A stretch of DNA of 64,000 nt from Candidatus Levyibacteriota bacterium. Its GTDB lineage: Bacteria; Patescibacteriota; Microgenomatia; Levybacterales; UBA12049. Where the stretch lies: the NCBI GenBank assembly GCA_016182185.1, contig JACOXU010000002.1, positions 22,874-86,873 on the forward strand. The letters run 5' to 3'. Of the stretch, positions 56,457 through 64,000 are shown piece after piece (the stretch's first letter is position 1; each line of letters starts with the position of its first letter). A model generated the notes under the pieces. That model was not told the origin of the DNA and did no database searches. It worked only from the letters and a program-made list of their open reading frames with translations. A program made the translations under genes and the position numbers.

Positions 56457-58286
56457 ATGCCCAGTTCTAAACTGCCTAAGAAAGCGGTATATGATTTAGG
56501 TGTTACGGTCAAAGACAAGAAGGTATTCCTTTTTCATAATCTTTTTGGGTATAAAAATGCATTCCGCATTGCCACAAGTACAGATGGTTTTTCTTTCAAA
56601 CGCTTCTCAAAAGAACCTCAGATTCTCAATGAGAGGGGCGAAAGGGAAATTACTCTAAAATGTAGAGATTTTCGGATATCTCAAGCAGGCAGCGATTTTT
56701 TTCTGACCTACAAAATAGAAAAAAACAGGAATAAAATTTTATCCTCTGCAACATCTAAAGATTTAATAACCTGGAAAAAGATAAATTATCTCCCGGATAT
56801 AAAAGAGATTTCTATGTTGGTCCCCGATTATAAATATAATGAAGATTATGTTTTGTATTTTGGAGAGGATGATATAAAGATTGCTTTTTCTAAGGATCTT
56901 AAAAATTGGGAAATAAAAGAGACAGTACTTTCGAAAAGAGAAGGACATTTCGACAGCGGGCCTCTTAATCTAGTCTCAGTTTTTGCGCAAGATGACGGAA
57001 TATTGGTAATTTATTTCACAAAGAGCAAGAAAGAGAAAAACTTTGTTTATTATCTTGGCGCAGCACTTTTTGACAAAAATAACCCAAACCAACTCTTAAA
57101 AAGAAGAGAACAGCCTCTTTGGGAACTTGAAGATGATCGAGAACTTTTCCCGCTTGGAGCCATAGAATTTGATGATAAGTTGATAGTTTATATTGGAGCC
57201 GCAGGCAAGGGAGTTTTTGCTCTATCCTTCGGTTCAGTTTCTTCATTTTCCTCTGCTCCTCTTCTTGAAAAAGTCGATAAGAATCCCATTCTTGAACCCG
57301 TGCTTGAGCATCTCTGGGAAAACCAGGCCACATTTAATCCTGCGGCAATTTACGACGAGGGCAAAGTTCACTTTATTTATCGGGCAGTAGGAAGTTCTGA
57401 TACTTCGGTTTTAGGTTATGCGGCAAGTACAGACGGAATAAATATAGACGAAAGACTGGATGATCCGGCCTATATTCCGCGGGAAGATTTTGAAGTACCG
57501 GCTTTCAGTTCTCCTTATCCTTCAGCCTATATGTCAGGCGGCGGAGGGTACGGAGGATGTGAAGATCCAAGATTGACCAAAATTGATAACCGCGTTTACA
57601 TGACTTATGTTGCCCATAATGGCAGTAATGCTCCGAGGGTAGCTCTGACTTCTATATCGGTTGATGATTTTAAAAATAAGCGCTGGAATTGGGATAAAGC
57701 CAAGATTATTTCAGCGCCTGATGTGGTGGATAAAAATGCATGCTTATTGCCTGAGAAAATCAAAGGAAAATACGTAATTTTTCATCGCATTTTTCCGAAC
57801 ATTTTGATAGATATGGTAGATGATTTAAATTTTGAAAATGATTATCTTAAAGGGGAATATTATATCGGGCCGAGAAAAAACTTCTGGGATTCAAGAAAAG
57901 TTGGAGCAGGCGCGCCGCCCTTGAAGACAGATGAAGGGTGGCTTCTTATTTACCACGCTGTTGACGATCGCGATGCTTCAAAATATAAAATGGGAGCGAT
58001 GCTTCTTGATCTTGATGATCCTACCAAGGTAAATTTCAGATCAAGCACTCCAATTCTAGAGCCTAGAGAATGGTATGAAAATGAAGGTTTCAAAGCTGGA
58101 GTTGCTTATCCATGTGGGTCCGTGATTTTTAAAGATGATTTAGTTGTTTATTATGGCGGGGCTGATAAAGTAGTTTGCGCAGCTAAGAAAAATTTAAACG
58201 ACTTTATTACTGGTCTTAAACATTCAAGTAATATCCAAATGGATCAGACCGTAGGCTTCAAAAGACTCATGAGGGACTATGATTAA
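56457..58286 (+). CDS. GH130-family glycoside phosphorylase/hydrolase-like protein with an extra N-terminal domain
   Basis: C-terminal half has 'FNPAAIYDEGKVHFIYRAVG...GYAASTDG', 'GCEDPRLTKIDNRVYMTYVAHNG' and 'GWLLIYHAV', which are GH130/DUF377 hallmarks. The N-terminal approximately 270 aa looks like a degenerate repeat of the same fold. Confidence 0.7.
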   Translation: MPSSKLPKKAVYDLGVTVKDKKVFLFHNLFGYKNAFRIATSTDGFSFKRFSKEPQILNERGEREITLKCRDFRISQAGSDFFLTYKIEKNRNKILSSATSKDLITWKKINYLPDIKEISMLVPDYKYNEDYVLYFGEDDIKIAFSKDLKNWEIKETVLSKREGHFDSGPLNLVSVFAQDDGILVIYFTKSKKEKNFVYYLGAALFDKNNPNQLLKRREQPLWELEDDRELFPLGAIEFDDKLIVYIGAAGKGVFALSFGSVSSFSSAPLLEKVDKNPILEPVLEHLWENQATFNPAAIYDEGKVHFIYRAVGSSDTSVLGYAASTDGINIDERLDDPAYIPREDFEVPAFSSPYPSAYMSGGGGYGGCEDPRLTKIDNRVYMTYVAHNGSNAPRVALTSISVDDFKNKRWNWDKAKIISAPDVVDKNACLLPEKIKGKYVIFHRIFPNILIDMVDDLNFENDYLKGEYYIGPRKNFWDSRKVGAGAPPLKTDEGWLLIYHAVDDRDASKYKMGAMLLDLDDPTKVNFRSSTPILEPREWYENEGFKAGVAYPCGSVIFKDDLVVYYGGADKVVCAAKKNLNDFITGLKHSSNIQMDQTVGFKRLMRDYD

Positions 58287-60201
58287 ACTTCAGAGAGCCG
58301 ATGAAAACCCAATAATTTCACCTTCTTCGAACGATTGGGAAAAAAGGGCTGCTTTCAACGGATGCGTAGTAGAAAATAACGGCAATTTTTATATTGTTTA
58401 TCGGGCAGTTTCAGAACCCCAATCCTACTATCGGGGTGCGAATATGGAAATTTCCTCGATTGGGCTTGCCAAAAGTCCTGATGGAATTCATTTTGAAAAT
58501 AGAATGCAATTTATAAAACCCCAGAACGACTGGGAAATTTTCGGCTGCGAGGACCCGAGAATAACTAAAATTAATGATAAATTCTATATTTTCTACACGG
58601 CTTTATCTACTTATCCATTCTCTCCGTTAGGGATTAAAATTGGAGTTGCTATAACTTCGGATCTTAAAACAGTCAGCGCAAAATATCCGGTAACGCCCTT
58701 CAATGCTAAGGCAATGGCGCTTTTTCCAGAGAAAGTAAATGGAAAATTAGCAGCGATTTTGACTATAAATACTGATATCCCTCCAGCTAAGATTGCAATA
58801 AGTTTTTTTGATAAAGAAGAAGATATTTGGTCCAAAGATTTTTGGCTTGAATGGTATTCATCCCACGATTCTCATGTTATTCCCCTTCTTCGTAATTTTC
58901 ATGATCAGATTGAAGTTGGCGCCCCACCTATAAAGACAGAAAAAGGCTGGCTTCTTATTTATTCGTATATTAGAAATTATTACTCATCTCAAAGAATTTT
59001 TGGTATTGAGACTGTACTTTTGGACTTAAATGATCCCACCAAGATAATTTCAAGGACAGAGGATCCGATTCTTCTCCCAGACAGAGATTATGAATTATAC
59101 GGGACCGTTCCTAATGTCGTTTTTCCATCAGGAGCACTGGTGAAAGATGAAATGCTCTATGTTTATTATGGTGCTGCAGATACCACTTGTTGTCTAGCAA
59201 CTTGCAATCTCAGTGAATTGCTCGATGAACTTACATCACCTCAGATAGAGAAGACCGAGCCTAATTCAGAAAAATTTACAAGATTTGAGGGAAACCCTAT
59301 TATTTCTCCGATTCCTGAGCACCCATGGGAAGCAAGATCTACGTTCAATCCGGCTGCAATTCACGAAGAAGGCAAAATCCACCTTTTATATAGAGCGATG
59401 TCTCAAGATAACACCTCTGTAATCGGCTATGCTTCAAGTACTGACGGATTTAAAATTGATGAAAGATTAACACACCCAATTTATACACCACGGGAAAATT
59501 TTGAAAGGAAAATGGTTGCAGGCGGAAATTCCGGATGCGAAGATCCAAGACTTACCAAAATAGATGGGAGAATCTATATGTGCTATACAGCTTATAATGG
59601 TAATGATCCGCCCAGAGTTGCCCTAACTTCTATAGATACTCACGATTTTTTTGAGAAACATTGGAATTGGGACAAAACCAAAATTATTTCTCCGTCAAAT
59701 ACGGATGATAAAGATGCTTGCATGTTGTCCAAAAAAATTGATGGGAAATATGTTTTTTTTCATAGAATCAACAATGATATCTGGATAGATTTTATTGAGA
59801 ATCTGGAATTTTCAGACGGTAAATTCTTGGATGGAGAAATTTTGCTCAAAGTAAGACCCGGAAAATGGGACAACCAGAAAATTGGAATTGCAGCACCGCC
59901 GATTGAAACAGAAAGAGGCTGGCTCCTTATTTATCATGGAATAACAGATCCTGGGATAATATATAAAGTAGGAGCCGTTCTTCTTGATCTTGATAATCCA
60001 AGAAAAATTTTAAAAAGACTGGAGGATCCCATACTTGAACCTGAAATGACTTATGAAAAAGAAGGGGAGGTTAAAAATGTTGTTTTTCCCTGTGGTGCAG
60101 TAGTCAAGAATGGAGAGATTCTCATTTATTATGGCGGGGGAGATAGAGTGGTTGGAGTGGCGAGCATAAATTTGGAAAAGCTCTTGGAAAAACTTCAATA
60201 G
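58279..60201 (+). CDS. Tandem-duplicated GH130-like protein
   Basis: Two full GH130-like modules: the first has 'FNGCVVENNGNFYIVYRAVS' and 'GCEDPRITKINDKFYIFYTA'; the second has 'FNPAAIHEEGKIHLLYRAMS' and 'GCEDPRLTKIDGRIYMCYTAYNG'. Start overlaps the upstream paralogue. Confidence 0.7.
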   Translation: MIKLQRADENPIISPSSNDWEKRAAFNGCVVENNGNFYIVYRAVSEPQSYYRGANMEISSIGLAKSPDGIHFENRMQFIKPQNDWEIFGCEDPRITKINDKFYIFYTALSTYPFSPLGIKIGVAITSDLKTVSAKYPVTPFNAKAMALFPEKVNGKLAAILTINTDIPPAKIAISFFDKEEDIWSKDFWLEWYSSHDSHVIPLLRNFHDQIEVGAPPIKTEKGWLLIYSYIRNYYSSQRIFGIETVLLDLNDPTKIISRTEDPILLPDRDYELYGTVPNVVFPSGALVKDEMLYVYYGAADTTCCLATCNLSELLDELTSPQIEKTEPNSEKFTRFEGNPIISPIPEHPWEARSTFNPAAIHEEGKIHLLYRAMSQDNTSVIGYASSTDGFKIDERLTHPIYTPRENFERKMVAGGNSGCEDPRLTKIDGRIYMCYTAYNGNDPPRVALTSIDTHDFFEKHWNWDKTKIISPSNTDDKDACMLSKKIDGKYVFFHRINNDIWIDFIENLEFSDGKFLDGEILLKVRPGKWDNQKIGIAAPPIETERGWLLIYHGITDPGIIYKVGAVLLDLDNPRKILKRLEDPILEPEMTYEKEGEVKNVVFPCGAVVKNGEILIYYGGGDRVVGVASINLEKLLEKLQ

Positions 60202-60279
60202 ATTATCTCCAAAGATTTGGTAGTTGACAAAAAAAGATTAAGTCGCCAAGCTTAAATAGTTGCGAAAATATAAAAATAC

Positions 60280-60606
60280 ATGTTGAGCGATAGAACAATT
60301 TCAAATCTTAAAAAAAATATTACTAGTAATTCTAAATTTAATATAAAGGCTGGACTTATAAAGTGCATGGGGGATCCTACATGTCTTAAAATACTCTACA
60401 TTATTTCTCGGGAAAAAGAAGTTTGCCCCTCAGATCTGGTAAGTATTCTCGGAATTTCAATGCCTGCAATCTCTCATCAACTTGCACGACTTAAACAGAT
60501 GGGGGTTGTGAAAACAAAAAGAATGGGCCAGATAATCTGCTACAGTTTTTCTGATACGAAGGAGGCAAAATCTATTAAAAATATAATAAAGACAATCGCG
60601 TTATGA
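60280..60606 (+). CDS. ArsR/SmtB-family transcriptional regulator
   Basis: HTH 'ICPSDLVSILGISMPAISHQLARLKQMGVV' with preceding Cys residues ('CMGDPTCLKIL'). Confidence 0.7.
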   Translation: MLSDRTISNLKKNITSNSKFNIKAGLIKCMGDPTCLKILYIISREKEVCPSDLVSILGISMPAISHQLARLKQMGVVKTKRMGQIICYSFSDTKEAKSIKNIIKTIAL

Positions 60607-61136
60607 TCCCAGATATTGTTATGACTTTTAAAAGAGAAATACTAAACCTAAGATATGCTTTTATCATTTTTGTAATTGCTTTACTCTATTCAGCCCTTGT
60701 TGCTTATACTATTAATTACAGATTGGTTTTTGGAATAATAATTGGAGATTATTCCCTCTTTTATAAAATAAGAATATTATTTGAACTGCTCAGAGGGCTA
60801 GGAACGGCATTATCGGGATTTGATTTCTTACTTCTTATTATTACGTCTCTATTGAGCGGAGTTAATATGGCATTGATAATTCGAAGCCTAGATGTTATTA
60901 AAGAGAACGGAGAAGTTAAATTTATGGCAGGGGGAGGTACACTTTTAGGCTTTGTCTCAAGCGGTTGTGCAAGTTGCGGGTTTTCACTTTTATCCGTTTT
61001 GGGTATCGGATCAGTATTTACCACGTTGCCATTTAGCAATTATACATTATATATCTTATCAATAATATTTTTGCTGTTCTCAGGTTTTTATATGCTGAAA
61101 AAGCTTAATAATATAAGACTTTGCAAAATAATCTAA
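60603..61136 (+). CDS. Membrane protein, hypothetical (ArsR-coupled)
   Basis: 177 aa with 4-5 TM helices; 'SGCASCG' motif; start overlaps the ArsR stop. Confidence 0.4.
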   Translation: MIPDIVMTFKREILNLRYAFIIFVIALLYSALVAYTINYRLVFGIIIGDYSLFYKIRILFELLRGLGTALSGFDFLLLIITSLLSGVNMALIIRSLDVIKENGEVKFMAGGGTLLGFVSSGCASCGFSLLSVLGIGSVFTTLPFSNYTLYILSIIFLLFSGFYMLKKLNNIRLCKII

Positions 61137-61173
61137 TTGACAGAGTCAGTAAGACTTTGATATTTTAAAGGAG

Positions 61174-61506
61174 GTGAATATGGCGGATACAACTTTTACA
61201 GATCAGAATTTTGAACAAGACGTACTTAAGAATAATTTACCCGTTCTTGTAGATTTTTGGGCTCCCTGGTGTGCTCCATGTAGAATTGTTTCTCCAATTG
61301 TTGAAGAGCTGGCAAAAGAATATGAAGGCAAATTAAAGGTAGGGAAATTAAATGTTGACGAGAATCCTGAGAATGCATCAAAGTATGGGGTAATGAGCAT
61401 TCCGAGTTTGATTATTTTTAAAAACGGCCACCCGATTAAAACAGTAATTGGCGCTCAGGGAAAAGAAAACTTCAAAAAAGCAATTGACGAAGCCCTGAGC
61501 GCATAA
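61174..61506 (+). CDS. trxA: Thioredoxin
   Basis: 'WAPWCAPCR' active site; 110 aa; SD AAGGAGGTGAAT. Confidence 0.85.
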   Translation: MNMADTTFTDQNFEQDVLKNNLPVLVDFWAPWCAPCRIVSPIVEELAKEYEGKLKVGKLNVDENPENASKYGVMSIPSLIIFKNGHPIKTVIGAQGKENFKKAIDEALSA

Positions 61507-61510
61507 CGGC

Positions 61511-61575
61511 ACAAATCCTAAGTCCTAATTTTTAATTTCTAAACAAATATCAAATCCCAAATCTTAAATTCAAAG
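61511..61575. repeat. Intergenic copy of the AT-rich short repeat
   Basis: acaaatcctaagtcctaatttttaatttctaaacaaatatcaaatcccaaatcttaaattcaaag, just after the trxA stop. Confidence 0.3.
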
Positions 61576-61648
61576 CAGTTTAGGGCTTAGCATTTTGAAA
61601 ATTGGAATTTATTTAGGATTTAGATATTCGGATTTAGGATTTCTTAAT

Positions 61649-62560
61649 ATGTATGACGTGATAATAATCGGTAGTGGGCCTGCAGGGCTGACCTCTGCAA
61701 TCTATACAACCCGCGCGAGTCTTAAAACCCTAGTTGTCGCCGGTGGTAAATGGGGTGGTCAGCTTATGCTGACAACTTTGGTCGAGAACTATCCCGGATT
61801 TCCAGAGGGAATTCAAGGTCCTGATCTAATGCTTGCGATGCGAAAGCAGGCAGAAAGATTTGGAGCAGAATTTATTGATGAAAATTTCGAAGAATCAGAT
61901 TTTACAAAACTCCCATTCCGAATAACTGCAGCCGGAAAAACATTTGAAGGTAAGTCAGTAATAATTGCAACGGGGGCTGACACCAGATGGCTCGATGTTC
62001 CCGGTGAAAAAGAAAAAATCGGAAGAGGCGTGTCGTCTTGCGCACCGTGCGATGCATTCTTCTTTAAAAATAAGAAAACTATAGTGATTGGAGGAGGAGA
62101 CAGCGCCATGGAAGAGGCAATTGTCCTTGCCAATTTTGCTGAATCGGTAACTGTAGTTCATAGAAGTGAGGCTTTACGGGCAAGTCAAATCATGCAGGAT
62201 AAGGCCAGGAAAAATCCAAAGATTAAATTTATTTTCAATACCGAGGTTAAAAAAATTTTGGGAGATGATCATGTGACGGGAGTCGAGCTTTTGAATAACA
62301 AAACCAATGAAACTTCTAAGATTGATATAGACGGAGTATTTGTCGCAATCGGTCATATTCCCAACACCAAGATCTTCAAAGGCATAGAGCTTGATAAAAA
62401 GGGTTATGTGAGAGTCCACGATCATACCAGAACCAACATTGAGGGTGTTTTTGTGGCAGGAGATGTGCATGACAGTCACTACAGACAGGCAGTTACTGCC
62501 GCAGGTTTTGGATGCGCTGCGGCACTTGAAGCCGAGCGCTGGCTGAGAGACCAAGAATAG
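61649..62560 (+). CDS. trxB: Thioredoxin-disulfide reductase
   Basis: 'MYDVIIIGSGPAGLTSAIY' FAD motif and redox-active 'CAPCDA'; NADPH motif 'GGGDSAMEEA'. The first ATG is at 61649; the track start at 61595 is TTG. Confidence 0.85.
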   Translation: MYDVIIIGSGPAGLTSAIYTTRASLKTLVVAGGKWGGQLMLTTLVENYPGFPEGIQGPDLMLAMRKQAERFGAEFIDENFEESDFTKLPFRITAAGKTFEGKSVIIATGADTRWLDVPGEKEKIGRGVSSCAPCDAFFFKNKKTIVIGGGDSAMEEAIVLANFAESVTVVHRSEALRASQIMQDKARKNPKIKFIFNTEVKKILGDDHVTGVELLNNKTNETSKIDIDGVFVAIGHIPNTKIFKGIELDKKGYVRVHDHTRTNIEGVFVAGDVHDSHYRQAVTAAGFGCAAALEAERWLRDQE

Positions 62561-62602
62561 ATAATATTGACTTTTTGAAGCGTACTACCTAAAATCCCCA
62601 TC

Positions 62603-63085
62603 ATGGGATTAAAAGAAAAAATTTCAAGATTACTTCACCGCCCTCCCTCTTCGGAAGAAATTATGCAGACAACGGAGGAGATAAAGGGGCAGATTGACGT
62701 TGCATTTCATATAAGAGAATTAAATGGAGATAAAGATACGTTAGAGGTCAAAAAATTGCTTGAGGAGAAAAAGATAGGAGTTGCTTTTTTGGCAACTAAG
62801 GAGGCGGAAAAGTGCGGTCCGTTTTTTGTAATTCACGGAACTACTGGAATTGATACTGCGACAATTCTACTTTGCTCAAGTATATTGGCATACCGATCTT
62901 CTTCAGGATGGAGGAAGATAAGCTCACTAAATCAAGCTATTTCTGATGCGGGAAGGATTGCCAGAGCAATGATTAGCGAAGGATTTAGAATGGATGTGCA
63001 GGATCAGGCAATCAGCAACCTATTGATCAGGAGGGGGCTATGGAATCCTAATGAAGCATTTGGAATAATACCTGAAAACAAATGA
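62603..63085 (+). CDS. Hypothetical protein
   Basis: 160 aa ORF with no recognised motif. Confidence 0.3.
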   Translation: MGLKEKISRLLHRPPSSEEIMQTTEEIKGQIDVAFHIRELNGDKDTLEVKKLLEEKKIGVAFLATKEAEKCGPFFVIHGTTGIDTATILLCSSILAYRSSSGWRKISSLNQAISDAGRIARAMISEGFRMDVQDQAISNLLIRRGLWNPNEAFGIIPENK

Positions 63086-63132
63086 AGCCTGTTTGACATA
63101 AAACTACATCTTTTATAAAATACCCTACGCAA

Positions 63133-63576
63133 ATGTCATACCACGATAAGGAACCGATTGGCAAAGATAAAACAGCAGAGCTTGCAGAGGCAGTTAATTT
63201 TCTGACATTTTTTCTTTCTGCCTTTGCTCAGCAAACCAATTCAAGTGATCCAAGAAGGGCATCTGTTAGAAGATTATTAAGATTTATCCAAGCTGATTAT
63301 GTTTCGATAGATGGGGCTTCAAGTGATGGTCTTCCTGAATCAATCGGATATAGTCATGAAATAATTCGAGGTAAGCATAGATTTAAGCTTGATGTAAGTC
63401 CAGTTTTTATTGGACGAATGAAGAGTTCGGGAGTAAGTATTAGACAAGAAACAGAACGATTAACTTTCAGCACTGTAAGTATTTTGACAAAAAAGATCGG
63501 CGACGCACTTTCTCATGAAGCACCGGTCATGGGAAAAGCCGAGTATGAGGAGCTTGTCGCCAAATCTGGTGAATAA
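63133..63576 (+). CDS. Hypothetical protein
   Basis: 147 aa ORF with no recognised motif. Confidence 0.3.
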   Translation: MSYHDKEPIGKDKTAELAEAVNFLTFFLSAFAQQTNSSDPRRASVRRLLRFIQADYVSIDGASSDGLPESIGYSHEIIRGKHRFKLDVSPVFIGRMKSSGVSIRQETERLTFSTVSILTKKIGDALSHEAPVMGKAEYEELVAKSGE

Positions 63577-63704
63577 TTGACTTAAAACTCCCAATTTGTC
63601 ATAATTCCCCAGCTATGACAAGACTTCAAGCCGACCACTGGCTAAGAGGACAGGAATAATTTAGCGAAGTTGACTTCATCTTTTAATAAGAGTATAAGAA
63701 AACT

Positions 63705-63962
63705 ATGGTAAAGAATATGATTGATAATCAAAAACTAATTGGAATATTTATACTAATCTTGATAGGATTCTTTTATTGGTTTCAAATAAGACCTACATTA
63801 GCAAGACAGAATTGTCAGCAGTTGGCGCGTGAGCGTGCTGGCCAATATTTTAATTATTCCTTCCTTCAAGATGAAACTGATCTAAGAAAGTCTCAATTAC
63901 AAGCAATATACATGGATCAAACGTATGAGAGGTGTTTGCATGATAAAGGTATCGCTGAGTGA
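63705..63962 (+). CDS. Small membrane protein, hypothetical
   Basis: Preceded by TTGACT-17-TATAAG at about 63646-63674; one TM helix. Confidence 0.3.
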   Translation: MVKNMIDNQKLIGIFILILIGFFYWFQIRPTLARQNCQQLARERAGQYFNYSFLQDETDLRKSQLQAIYMDQTYERCLHDKGIAE

Positions 63963-64000
63963 GATATTAAAAAGATATGGACTGGGATGCTAGAGTATTA

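Overview
This is a low-GC, compact window, mostly plus-strand coding. The gene content fits a reduced-genome bacterium, probably from the Patescibacteria/CPR group (inference only, no search was run): a standalone 5'-3' exonuclease, an ATP-dependent DNA ligase, an archaeal-type UMP kinase, a type IV pilin-like protein and many small membrane proteins. Motif-supported housekeeping genes include GAPDH, a glycerate kinase, an FBPase/IMPase-family phosphatase, NrdR with a class II (B12-dependent) ribonucleotide reductase and a PduO-type cobalamin adenosyltransferase, MurI, MurD, TrpRS, FtsH, Fpg, RecF, Pth, TrxA and TrxB. I also call two tRNAs, Ile with anticodon UAU and Met with anticodon CAU, which flank a Xer-like tyrosine recombinase. 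A copper/redox stress region spans about 43.9 to 62.6 kb: DsbA-like, Crp/Fnr, a CsoR-led four-gene operon ending in a CcdA/DsbD-like protein, Hsp20, two DoxX-like proteins, a CopA-type P-type ATPase, ArsR and TrxA/TrxB. Two tandem genes each carry duplicated GH130-like domains, and there is a class II Fic protein. No rRNA and no CRISPR array were seen. The observations most worth a second look are: (1) a type IV pilin N-terminus fused to a metzincin-like HExxH/Met-turn domain; (2) two copies of a roughly 120-126 nt GC-rich palindromic element inserted in-frame in murD and in a GT4 glycosyltransferase, with behaviour like Rickettsia palindromic elements; (3) a short AT-rich repeat (AAATCYCAAATC) that occurs both between genes and in-frame in three unrelated CDSs; (4) a terminator/antiterminator attenuator directly abutting the pduO start, with weak resemblance to the cobalamin-riboswitch core; (5) a roughly 400 nt region with long-range pairing and RNase P-like motifs where the ORF track shows an odd-composition ORF; (6) an operon coupling pduO to a Cys-knot protein, a disordered protein and a large membrane FtsK/HerA/VirD4-like ATPase. 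Coordinates read from the sequence by hand may be off by about 1 nt.
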